64,000 nt of DNA from Bacillota bacterium. GTDB taxonomy: Bacteria; Bacillota; DTU025. The translations under genes and the position numbers were made by a program. Positions 50,081-60,745 of this stretch are shown here, piece by piece; position 1 is the first letter of the stretch; each line of letters starts with the position of its first letter. The notes beneath the pieces are model-generated. The model was given only the letters and a program-made list of their open reading frames with translations. It had not been told where the DNA came from and searched no databases. The stretch lies in assembly GCA_050951805.1 (NCBI GenBank), contig JBMNJT010000002.1, forward strand, positions 96,001 to 160,000, read 5' to 3'.

Positions 50081-50689
50081 CCGCTCCCAAGCGTTCCATT
50101 CGAGGCTGTGCGGCTTGATGCTGCAGTATTAAACAACTATGCTCAATTCCGCTTCGAGTCGGAAACCTATTCAGCGCCACAGGGGAAACCACGGCAGAAG
50201 GTTTTGCTCAGTGTGTATTGGGATCGCATCGAGGTGCGGAACCGGGAAGGCGAAGCACTCACAACGCTGCCAAGGCACTACATGCTCAAAGAGCAACCTA
50301 TTGACTGGCTGGCCCATTTTGAGATCTACTCACGTAGGCCACGAGCCGCCGTGCATTCAGCTATGTTCCGCTATCTTCCGAAGGCGGTCCAAGCCTACCT
50401 CAAGGAGGCGAATGCATCGGAACGGTCAGCTAGAGTGCGGTTCGTGAGAGACATGCTGAAGATGTATTCCATAGACGAAGTAGCTGAGGCGCTTGAGGCG
50501 TTGCCAGCCGATAGGCGCGCCAACCCCGCGAACGTTGAGCTCAAGCTGTATGCGCTTAACCCCGAAAACGGGCTTCCCGAACCTATTGCCGAGGGATACA
50601 CGCCAATTGAAGTAGCAGCTTACAATCCAGATTCCGCAGTCTACGACAAGCTCTTACCTGCACGGGCTGAAGGAGTGGTCAAGCCATGA
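50081..50689 (+). pseudogene. istA: IS21-family istA, 3' fragment only
   Basis: PLPSVPFE..FRFESETYSAP C-terminal istA motif; begins exactly at the IS256 end; overlaps istB by 4 nt. Confidence 0.8.
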
Positions 50690-51477
50690 CAGACTCTTTG
50701 CTTCAGAAACAGTGCAAGATGCTCAAACTCGGTTCGGTGAGCCAGACCTACAATGAAATACCCTTTGAAAGCAGAGAGCAATTCCTGACTGATCTATTTG
50801 CAGAAGAGCTAAGAAACCGAGAGAAGAATCGAAACCGGCGAAGGTTAAAGCGTGCAGGGTTGCCGCAAACCAAGACGCTGGAGGAGTTCTCCTGTGACAA
50901 CATCATATTGCCGCCCCAAACCACGATAGAACATCTAACCGAACTGAGGTTCATCGATGAGAAGGAGTCCTTGATTTGCATGGGCGGCGTGGGGACAGGC
51001 AAAACTCATCTTGTGATAGCGCTGGGGCTTAAGGCTGTCCTCAGCGGAAAGGAGGTCCGATTCTTTCAGACAGTTGATCTGGCAAACCGCTTGCTGGAGA
51101 AGAACGCAAAAGGGACTCTTGGAAGCTTAATACGCGATCTCGAATCATGCGATCTGCTTATCGTGGATGAACTGGGCTTCTTGCCTCTACCCCGTCACGC
51201 AGCAGAGCTCTTGTTCCAAGTAATCGCCAGCTGCTATGAGCGCCGAAGCGTAGCCATCACTACGAACCTTGAGTTCGGACAATGGAACACGGTGATCAAC
51301 GACAGCCGGCTCACTGCCGCGCTCATTGACAGGCTTGTTCATCACGGACATGTGCTTGCATTCACAGGGGAGAGCTACCGTCTACGGCACGCCCTCTCCC
51401 AATTGCATGCCCCAGATGACGTTGGAGGCGCCCACCCCCAACAAAACACTATTTACAAAAACGACCCGGCCCAATAG
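50686..51477 (+). CDS. istB: IS21 helper ATPase IstB
   Basis: KTLEEF, GGVGTGKTHL, LLIVDELGF, YERRSVAITTN, ALIDRLVHH, GESYR. Confidence 0.95.
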   Translation: MTDSLLQKQCKMLKLGSVSQTYNEIPFESREQFLTDLFAEELRNREKNRNRRRLKRAGLPQTKTLEEFSCDNIILPPQTTIEHLTELRFIDEKESLICMGGVGTGKTHLVIALGLKAVLSGKEVRFFQTVDLANRLLEKNAKGTLGSLIRDLESCDLLIVDELGFLPLPRHAAELLFQVIASCYERRSVAITTNLEFGQWNTVINDSRLTAALIDRLVHHGHVLAFTGESYRLRHALSQLHAPDDVGGAHPQQNTIYKNDPAQ

Positions 51478-51511
51478 GGCCCTGAGATCCGACCCCGGGC
51501 GTGGTGGTAGC

Positions 51512-51559
51512 CTATGCACTTTTTGACTGCCGAACTATGAACTTTTCGATTGCCAAACA
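51512..51559 (+). repeat. IS21 right end with tandem transposase-binding repeats
   Basis: CTATGCACTTTTTGACTGCC and CTATGAACTTTTCGATTGCC, ending in AAACA. Confidence 0.7.
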
Positions 51560-51982
51560 GACTTCGGCGCAACTGAGCATGCACAAAATCTCCATGCAGA
51601 TCAACAGCGCCATGGTAGGGAAATATGCCAGACCAAATTGCATTTGCGAAAGTGCTGAGGCAGAGAGCAAGGCTGAATCAAGTGGAAAACATGGGTCAGA
51701 TTCAGGCTTGGACTTAGCACTTGAAAAGGTTAAGCGAGATCCATGTCGTATAAGTATGATAGACACGATTGTTTGTTACACAAGAGAACAATACCACATC
51801 AATGCTTGCCATTTCCGACAGCACTGTTGCTGTTGTCGACCTCCGATAGTGTAAAAACCCCGGGGGGTCGACAACACGCCAAAAGGCCACCATTTGCCTT
51901 GTAGCTGGGACAGGAGGGATAAAGCTATATATAGAATATTCAGAATACTATCTGCACCAAGACTAATCTGCAGTTAAAACGG
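51560..51982 (+). promoter_or_regulatory. CRISPR leader region
   Basis: Non-coding and AT-richer; 11-bp inverted repeat TGTTGTCGACC/GGTCGACAACA at 51831-51876; TTAAAACGG abuts repeat 1. Confidence 0.75.
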
Positions 51983-54900
51983 GTTTATAGACTACCTATG
52001 AGGGATGGAAACCACGCTCTCGTTAGCGCTTGGGCGCCAATATCCATGTTTATAGACTACCTATGAGGGATGGAAACCATACATATAGGCCGGCCCCGTT
52101 GCTGCTGTTGTACCGTTTATAGACTACCTATGAGGGATGGAAACACAGCCAGAGCGAGCACCGAGAGTTCTGCTTCGAGTTTATAGACTACCTATGAGGG
52201 ATGGAAACCAATAGTGGATTCGTACCCGATCACATGCAACTGTTTATAGACTACCTATGAGGGATGGAAACTCAGCAACACAATAGCAAGACGTGCCACT
52301 GTGCGTTTATAGACTACCTATGAGGGATGGAAACCACCATAGCCGGCATTGCGCGTAGAATATCGGATGTTTATAGACTACCTATGAGGGATGGAAACTC
52401 GTTGTAGCCGTGCGTCCCGCATGCCGGTATACGTTTATAGACTACCTATGAGGGATGGAAACGATAGCAAAGATCATGTACCCCCATCCCTCATGTTTAT
52501 AGACTACCTATGAGGGATGGAAACCGTATGCAACCGGCGACCTGCATCGAGAAGGGTGTTTATAGACTACCTATGAGGGATGGAAACCTATCAGATGACG
52601 AACTGCAAGGCACCGCTTGCCAGGTTTATAGACTACCTATGAGGGATGGAAACGCAAGCATTCCACGTCAGTTCGGTTTCGTCAATGCTGTTTATAGACT
52701 ACCTATGAGGGATGGAAACATAGTCACCCTGGCGAACGCCACCTTGCATAAGCGTTTATAGACTACCTATGAGGGATGGAAACACAACTCGCTGCTTCCC
52801 GCGAATCTTGCTCAGAGGTTTATAGACTACCTATGAGGGATGGAAACCAGGTTCAACCGCTCATGAGAACGGCATGCAACGTTTATAGACTACCTATGAG
52901 GGATGGAAACCGAACCACGTGGCGTGCATGGCATCTGGTAGTTTCGTTTATAGACTACCTATGAGGGATGGAAACCCCTATAGTGGATCTCACCAGAGAA
53001 CCCCGTGGTCTGAGTTTATAGACTACCTATGAGGGATGGAAACATTATCTTGTCCCTAGGTCCACACTTCCTTTGCCCGGTTTATAGACTACCTATGAGG
53101 GATGGAAACGACCTGCGATCTCATCTCGGCCTTGCAGAGTCCGCAGTTTATAGACTACCTATGAGGGATGGAAACGCCACAGCGCACCCAGTCCATGGAC
53201 AAGACCCAGGTCGGTTTATAGACTACCTATGAGGGATGGAAACCGTGTTTCGCGTCGCTCACGTCCAAAATCTCTGCAAAGTTTATAGACTACCTATGAG
53301 GGATGGAAACTGGGATAGAACTGGAAGTCGACGACGGCCATCACAAGGTTTATAGACTACCTATGAGGGATGGAAACGAATACAATATGCCGTCCTCACC
53401 AGTTACAAAGTCTCGTTTATAGACTACCTATGAGGGATGGAAACAGCACTGTCAAGCGCGAATGATGGATTTAAGCACATTGTTTATAGACTACCTATGA
53501 GGGATGGAAACTTTCGCACATCGTTCTTTCCTCCGTCCTTCGCCGTGTTTATAGACTACCTATGAGGGATGGAAACCGTATTCCGCAAAATCCTCTCTAA
53601 AGCCGTTTATAGGTTTATAGACTACCTATGAGGGATGGAAACTCAGGACGACGGCGAATATATCGATGGCTATTATTAGTTTATAGACTACCTATGAGGG
53701 ATGGAAACTCATATGCGGGTATGCAGATCGTAACGCATCCTGCGGTTTATAGACTACCTATGAGGGATGGAAACACGTACAGTGGATGCACTCCAATACC
53801 GGAGGGTACCAGTTTATAGACTACCTATGAGGGATGGAAACGAAAAAAACATTGACGTGCTCAACACGCCAATAATCCTGTTTATAGACTACCTATGAGG
53901 GATGGAAACCTGGAATACGTAATGAATCAGCTTGCGCCGCTGTACCGTTTATAGACTACCTATGAGGGATGGAAACGAATCGATTTTAAGGGCCCCATAT
54001 AGTCCGCCCATAGTTTATAGACTACCTATGAGGGATGGAAACCTACCTTACAGACAAAGGCAATCTCTACCGATACGGTTTATAGACTACCTATGAGGGA
54101 TGGAAACTATGTGAAAGTTACACACAAAAGTTACATGCGTCTCTGGTTTATAGACTACCTATGAGGGATGGAAACTATCTTCCGGTATCCCCTCATCCAA
54201 TCGTTTCCTGATTGTTTATAGACTACCTATGAGGGATGGAAACTGCGACCGGGGAAATCGTGTGGCACAAAATCCCGGCGGTTTATAGACTACCTATGAG
54301 GGATGGAAACCGTCTTTACAAACCCATGCCTGCCAATCGTTGATGTGTTTATAGACTACCTATGAGGGATGGAAACATTGCGTCAGTGAGCGCAACGGCG
54401 TCTACGTTACTGTTTATAGACTACCTATGAGGGATGGAAACTATCTCCTCGAAGAATTGTGGGAGATCCTCGAAGAAAGTTTATAGACTACCTATGAGGG
54501 ATGGAAACTCGTAATTCTATGAGCGTGGGCGATATCATACTTCCGTTTATAGACTACCTATGAGGGATGGAAACAATCATACGTGGATGCAGCGAAACGC
54601 CGCTCAGAAGTTTATAGACTACCTATGAGGGATGGAAACCCGGACGCAAAATCCACCTTGTGGCGGCAGATGCGCCTGGTTTATAGACTACCTATGAGGG
54701 ATGGAAACTTCTCAGTTTCTGTCCTCCCGTCTGCGCCCGTCAGTGAGGGTTTATAGACTACCTATGAGGGATGGAAACAGTTGCTGCCAGAACCCGGGTT
54801 CGAATACTACGCCGCGTTTATAGACTACCTATGAGGGATGGAAACAGGGAAGGTAGTGAGGAAAGGCGAAATGGGCTATGCAGTTTATAGACTACCTATG

Positions 54901-56839
54901 AGGGATGGAAACCAATGCGCTGCAACTCGGAATCAGATGTCCGAGAGGTGTTTATAGACTACCTATGAGGGATGGAAACCCCAACTCGATACCGGTCGGC
55001 CACGTCAGCTGCCACGTTTATAGACTACCTATGAGGGATGGAAACGGCTCCAGGCATGTATCATCGTGCAGTGCCAACTCTCGTTTATAGACTACCTATG
55101 AGGGATGGAAACATCTCGCGATGCAGCTCCTGTCGCGTCCAGGCAAGCGTTTATAGACTACCTATGAGGGATGGAAACGCACAAGCGTTGGTTTACCTGG
55201 CGGTTTGATCACGAGCGTTTATAGACTACCTATGAGGGATGGAAACCTTCCATTCCAGAAAACCTCGGAGGATTCCAGAATTGTTTATAGACTACCTATG
55301 AGGGATGGAAACTGTGCTAGGTCTGAGTGATCAACTTCCTCAGAGTATTGTTTATAGACTACCTATGAGGGATGGAAACTGAGCCGGGAGACGTGCAGAC
55401 GCCATCGCGTTCGTTTATAGACTACTATGAGGGATGGAAACGGATTTACTGGGCTCAATGGCGTAACACCCTGCGTGTTTATAGACTACCTATGAGGGAT
55501 GGAAACCCATGTTGACGGCATCGGCTAGGGCTGCGTTGCGCTGTTTATAGACTACCTATGAGGGATGGAAACTGAGATATTGATGCTGCCCCCACACCTT
55601 CCCGCTGGGTCGTTTATAGACTACCTATGAGGGATGGAAACCGATGTCCTCCGGCACTTGCAGGGCTCCGGGCGGCGTTTATAGACTACCTATGAGGGAT
55701 GGAAACCGTCGAACGCTTCCAGCGCACAAAGGCCCGGCAGAAGTTTATAGACTACCTATGAGGGATGGAAACCCAGGAAGCGGGAACTCAAGGATCGTCG
55801 CGTCCGGGTTTATAGACTACCTATGAGGGATGGAAACCGCTCCGCCTCGGCCTTCGCCTTTTCGTTCTCGGCCTTGTTTATAGACTACCTATGAGGGATG
55901 GAAACCTCGTGCGACATCGACCCGCGGCGCGATGATATCGGGTTTATAGACTACCTATGAGGGATGGAAACGGAGACTTTCGCCCAGCACCAGGATCGGG
56001 CATCCGATCGTTTATAGACTACCTATGAGGGATGGAAACAATAACCCCAGCTCAAACCCACTTTGAAAGGAGATAAGTTTATAGACTACCTATGAGGGAT
56101 GGAAACGATCACTCCCGAGCAGTACAGGGCAATCATGTATAAGGTTTATAGACTACCTATGAGGGATGGAAACTGTATGGCATATTGTATCCGATACGCT
56201 ATGGCATAGTTTATAGACTACCTATGAGGGATGGAAACTAGATGGGCTGTGGCCACTGAACAGGGGCCGTACCGGTTTATAGACTACCTATGAGGGATGG
56301 AAACTCGGATATGGTGGCCGGAGTACGTGCCATACGACCCCGAGTTTATAGACTACCTATGAGGGATGGAAACAAAGGTTGCCGAGCGAACCCCGGCATC
56401 CTGGATGAGCTGTTTATAGACTACCTATGAGGGATGGAAACCACACACAAGCCCGCCCAGGGTAAAACACAGGATCATGGTTTATAGACTACCTATGAGG
56501 GATGGAAACTTCGATATACCAGTCGAGGAGTTGTTTCCAAAGGAGGTTTATAGACTACCTATGAGGGATGGAAACTATACATATAGGCCCCCCGGCGCCC
56601 CCCCCCGCGTGTGTTTATAGACTACCTATGAGGGATGGAAACGTGCAAGTATGGGTGGTAGTGAATCCATACGCTGAAGTTTATAGACTACCTATGAGGG
56701 ATGGAAACGCGCCCCGATCGATCGATCCTCAGGCCTCCTCGCGGTTTATAGACTACCTATGAGGGATGGAAACTTCTGTTTCTGTTTCTGCTCCTGTTAC
56801 TGTTTCTTAGTTTATAGACTACCTATGAGGGATGGAAAC
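51983..56839 (+). CRISPR. CRISPR array, ~74 repeats GTTTATAGACTACCTATGAGGGATGGAAAC (30 nt), spacers 32-40 nt
   Basis: Repeats directly visible (manual count 74, +/-1); one 29-nt variant at 55413-55441; 3' ATGGAAAC handle typical of type I-B. Confidence 0.99.
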
Positions 56840-56902
56840 ACTCGTTGGCTTTCAGATTGCCGTACGTAGCACTGTTTCGTTCAAATTAGGACTACGGGGA
56901 AG

Positions 56903-57015
56903 GGACTGCGGACAAAATCTTGGCCTCTAAAAGAGACAGGAGGGTGTCCGTTATGTATTCAAGAGAGGAACGCATGAAAGCGATTGAGCCATACACGCAG
57001 TCTATGCAAAAATGA
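56903..57015 (+). mobile_element. Possible IS3-family left-end remnant
   Basis: GGACTGCGGACAAAATCTTGG, RBS AGGAGG, then MYSREERMKAIEPY..* (56953-57015), resembling IS3-family transposase N-termini. Confidence 0.4.
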
Positions 57016-57106
57016 CGATTTGCATCGGAACGGGTTGACGAATGTGGCGGAAACGTGTACTCTGCATTTCTATTATGCCCAAAACACATCAACGACGAGG
57101 CAATTC

Positions 57107-58606
57107 CTAAATACCAATCCAGGGATCAATGAACGTGTGATCAGTGTGCAACTGGCTTCGCCCTATTCCTTCAACTGAGCAAAAGAGTTCAAGCAGCGGA
57201 TCTACCATCTGCTTGAACTGCATGTATTGGTCCTCGGAAATGAAAATGAATCCATGAGCTAGGATGCTGTGATTGCGCTTTCCCGTTTCGTTGAGAAACC
57301 TGTTCCAGTGTACACCTGCCGGGGCAAGACCATATGGATCATTGAGGGCCTGCAGCAGTATGTATGCCTCTGTTAGCGGAATGGGATTAGGGAGACTCGA
57401 TATGGGCGACCATTCCAGCTTCGATCTTATGTTGTTCACATTGTCCACAAGCTGATCCAGCTTGAACGATTCGAGTTTCGCGTAGTGTGGGTTGCCTGTA
57501 TCTATCCCATAGACAGCGAGCCTGCGCTGGGCCATTAGTTCAACTAGCCTATAAAGAAGAAGAGAAGCAGTGTCATACTCTCCTCTAGTTGCCTTGCGTT
57601 CTGCACTAGCATAGATTGTGAAGATGAGCGAGGCAGTGGCATTACAGTCCTCCAGAAGCGGCAGTGGGGGTTCCCCAGGCTCGGATGGCATAAGATCCTT
57701 GACATGTTCCAAACCTTCAAGTTGTGCACGAAGAGGCTGGATTTTGTTTGCCAAGTTACAATCTGGCACTGTCCCGTCGTGTGCCACAAGCATTTCGATG
57801 ATGTCAATAGTCTTTCTCATGCAAAAGCAGGCCTCGAGAAAATTCATCTCATCCCAGGCTTTGTAGGCCGCCGAAAGACTGGCAAGAGCCTCATAACGCC
57901 GTGGATAGGCTGCTTTCTTCGCGAGATTTGCCAGAACAAGCGCAGCCCCTGCAAAATCATGTCTGCGAAATCTATTCATGGCTTCCTTTTCGTCGAGATC
58001 GCCGAACACATTATAGGGATTGGGGACAAACTCAATATACTCAGAACCCGGTTCAGGCCGTCTATATGGATCGAGAAGATACTCGCGGTTTGCAATGTAG
58101 ATCAGCTGAGCACCAACCAGAGTACCTGCCAGCGCAGATCCACATGTCATAGTCTTCGTACCGCCAGTCAGATCCACTGCTATCTCCCGCCGTTGTTCCC
58201 ACCTGTTCCACACGTCTTTGATCTCGCAATAGATTTGAGTGACATCCGCAGGATCTACTAGCCTCTTTTCCCACTGACTCGGCCTAAGCCCAGTATGTTC
58301 TACAATCGTATCGAGCATGGACTCCGTCTTTTCGGTATACAAGAACAGCACTCGCTCGGGGTTGACGGCAGAGATTGATAGTATCAACGGCTCTGGTGAT
58401 GTGCCCACTGGCAGAATTAAACCGTATATGGGTTCTTTGATCTTCGACGCCTCTGTAGCAACAAATACCTGCTTGCTGAGGGGGAATACTGCCTTAGAAT
58501 AGAATTCCATGGCTATTGCCTGCTCTTCGCGGGTTTCCAGAGGTAATGATTGCCAGAGGTCAGAAGCTTGCTTCAATCGTTCCCTAAGTTGACCCAGATC
58601 ACTCAT
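57107..58606 (-). CDS. CRISPR-associated CARF-HEPN protein (TIGR02710-like)
   Basis: CARF motifs ILPVGTSPEP and VDLTGGTKTM; RPEPGSE..NPY; YRLVELMAQRRL; HEPN-like RNHSILAHG. Confidence 0.82.
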   Translation of the reverse strand: MSDLGQLRERLKQASDLWQSLPLETREEQAIAMEFYSKAVFPLSKQVFVATEASKIKEPIYGLILPVGTSPEPLILSISAVNPERVLFLYTEKTESMLDTIVEHTGLRPSQWEKRLVDPADVTQIYCEIKDVWNRWEQRREIAVDLTGGTKTMTCGSALAGTLVGAQLIYIANREYLLDPYRRPEPGSEYIEFVPNPYNVFGDLDEKEAMNRFRRHDFAGAALVLANLAKKAAYPRRYEALASLSAAYKAWDEMNFLEACFCMRKTIDIIEMLVAHDGTVPDCNLANKIQPLRAQLEGLEHVKDLMPSEPGEPPLPLLEDCNATASLIFTIYASAERKATRGEYDTASLLLYRLVELMAQRRLAVYGIDTGNPHYAKLESFKLDQLVDNVNNIRSKLEWSPISSLPNPIPLTEAYILLQALNDPYGLAPAGVHWNRFLNETGKRNHSILAHGFIFISEDQYMQFKQMVDPLLELFCSVEGIGRSQLHTDHTFIDPWIGI

Positions 58607-59044
58607 GAATCACTGCTCCTTTGCATGCGTTTCTGATGGTCTATCCCTATGCTACAACCTTCTCTTGTCCTGTGAGCGAAATGTTCCATGTGTGCTGAGG
58701 TTTTTGTAGTGTTCGTGAGTCTTTCGGATCTTTGAGGTGGCTAGTGTATCATGAGATTAATAAACCGGGCTGACTTTTCCCCGTAGTACTTAGTCGAAAC
58801 ATGGCATTCAAGATATGTATCGGATTCAGAGAGGTTGACTCTGCTTTATGCCACCGAAGGGGTCGCCATCTCAAACCAATAGTGCGTACGCCCATGCTTG
58901 GCGTTCCTCGCGGACAGGTTTCCAACCGAGGCAGCCGATTGTGTTGCACGTTTGCCTCTAGCCCTCTGCTATGCTTACTGAAGCAATGATCGTCAAAACG
59001 AAATGGACGGGGTAAGAACATTGTGCATACGATCCATACCTTTG

Positions 59045-59791
59045 CTAGGCTCGAGAGTGTCCAACAACCGCCAGACATCCAAATCCCTGTGCGTTTTTCG
59101 ATCCCAGACCTGCATTGAGCGCAAGCAACAGCAGCTCTCTCGGGCCGGTCATAAGCAGTGGACCAGAGTACCCTTTGATTACAGTATCTTTGTAATACAC
59201 GACGTGCAATCGTGGTTGTCGTAAAGGTTTTACTGATACGGTCCCCATAGGAGCTTGCTTCCCCAGGAACGCCTCGTATTTACTCGCCAAGTTCCTGGAC
59301 ACGAGTTCCTCGAACTCCTTTTCGCCAGGCTGATAGTAGCAGGTGTATGGTGATCCATCTCCCTTCGTGAGAGTACTGTAAACGACTACTGGCGACAGTG
59401 TGACTACAGTTAGTTCATCAGTAAGCACTACGGGGTTGTTCGCCTCGATGCATTCAACAGGGATTTTCTGGCCAGCAAGGGTTATGAAGCCCTTAACTAA
59501 GAGACTAGTCCCCAATGATCGGCAGATCTCCTCAACCGGCGAGCACACTACCAGATGAACTTTCCCGTCAAACGATATAGTCCCCACTGCCCTGTCAAGG
59601 CGATAAGAGCCCCTCAAGCGTGAGAACGTAAGGGGCTTGAATATCCGAGAACCACGTTCATACCCTTCATCATGGATGAACGTGCCAAAGTCAGGACCTA
59701 GGTTGGCATATATCGCAGACTGCAATATGTGGTTGTAGTGCACCGGCAACATCACCGGTCCAGAAGGATTCAGAGTAATATTGAGACGCAA
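59045..59791 (-). CDS. cas6: Cas6 crRNA endoribonuclease
   Basis: HYNHILQSAIY, FKPLTFSRL, LSPVVV, G-rich loop GLGSKNAQGFG. Confidence 0.95.
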   Translation of the reverse strand: MRLNITLNPSGPVMLPVHYNHILQSAIYANLGPDFGTFIHDEGYERGSRIFKPLTFSRLRGSYRLDRAVGTISFDGKVHLVVCSPVEEICRSLGTSLLVKGFITLAGQKIPVECIEANNPVVLTDELTVVTLSPVVVYSTLTKGDGSPYTCYYQPGEKEFEELVSRNLASKYEAFLGKQAPMGTVSVKPLRQPRLHVVYYKDTVIKGYSGPLLMTGPRELLLLALNAGLGSKNAQGFGCLAVVGHSRA

Positions 59792-60376
59792 ATCAATTCA
59801 TCCTCTGCGAAATTACTCAATATGTGGGTGTTCCATGAAAATACCGTTCTGATGGCCGTGTCAACTGCAGCATAGATATCGGTTATGAATATTCGATATA
59901 TTGTCTCATCCCCCTCAGCCCAGCTATAGCCAGAATATGGGCTTTCGGCCGCGTTGTCGCATTATCAGAGGGTGGCAACAAGAATGATTCGATTGCCAAT
60001 GATGACGATATTGTCTGAATCACACATTCACCTGACAGGTAATACCCACTACATACTAGTATACCCCACAAGTGCCAATTACCCTTCATGCAACAAGATC
60101 CCAATCCGCATCGAATTGCCGTGTTTTCCGGGATCTCAGCTTGTGCACTCATGATTTCCAGGACTGTGTATGCACCGTGTTTAGGACGTGATCGCCATGT
60201 ACAAGGCCTGTACGCACGGTATTCTGAGAGAGATCACGCCAAGCCGATGATCTGTCGCCATCTTACTTGATATTGAGGGCGGTAGTTTCGGTTCTGCACA
60301 TAAACTGATATACTATCGCTGCAAGCCTATCACAACAACGGTTTGAGTTTGGATGGGCAAACTGAATATCGCAAAT

Positions 60377-60577
60377 CCTGTCAGGTGCCCTCATGCAGAG
60401 GGAGAATAGGGAAGAGGCAGCAGGCTGAGGTTGTGCAACCGCTCCTGCGAAGCCCGCGGTCCCGCCACTGTAGTCAGGGAGCCGAACGCGAGGCAGCGAT
60501 GCCGGTGTCACTTTCGCAAGATGAAGGGAAGATGCGTGCAGGCGATGATCTGACAGCCAGGAGACCTGCCTGACAGG
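60377..60577 (+). ncRNA. Cobalamin (AdoCbl) riboswitch
   Basis: P1 CCTGTCAGG/CCTGACAGG, AATAGGGAA, CCCGCCACTGTA, GGGAAG, B12 box AGCCAGGAGACCTGCC; upstream of nrdD. Confidence 0.9.
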
Positions 60578-60670
60578 ATGCGAGCCACCTTCCGTGGAAA
60601 GAGGGGGCGGCGCCTGCTCCGCATATTCGCTCGCCGAGCGATGGGGAGCAGAGAATGTTGCTGGCGGCGT

Positions 60671-60707
60671 GGCCCCCGTTTGACCGAAAACGGGGGCCTG
60701 TGGTTTT
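60671..60707 (+). terminator. Riboswitch expression-platform terminator
   Basis: 11-bp stem GGCCCCCGTTT/AAACGGGGGCC followed by TGTGGTTTT. Confidence 0.6.
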
Positions 60708-60745
60708 ACAGGCAGCCAGGAGACGTATTTAGGGGGCGCTGGTAA

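Noticed and set aside
50075-51477. CRISPR-associated transposon idea (IstA/IstB as TnsB/TnsC)
   Set aside because: istA is truncated, there is no TniQ/TnsD, and cas3 plus the adaptation genes are intact; ordinary IS21 debris.
53605-53612. Spacer 25 ends in GTTTATAG, identical to the repeat start
   Set aside because: The spacer has normal length (36 nt); cannot be told from chance without a protospacer.
52510-56762. Short ORFs containing repeated VYRLPMRDGN
   Set aside because: Translations of CRISPR repeat-spacer units, not genes.
51983-56839. Self-targeting spacers within the window
   Set aside because: No full-length match noticed by eye; an exhaustive alignment was not possible, so this is unproven rather than excluded.
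58843-58947. Second possible mini-array on the minus strand downstream of cas6 (..GGTTGGAAAC, 41 nt, GTTTGAGA..)
   Set aside because: Only the last ~10 nt resemble the repeat, the second pseudo-repeat is very weak, the spacer is over-long and no target was seen.
60040-60280. Possible NrdR boxes upstream of nrdD
   Set aside because: Only loose matches and not a clear tandem pair; cannot be supported by eye.
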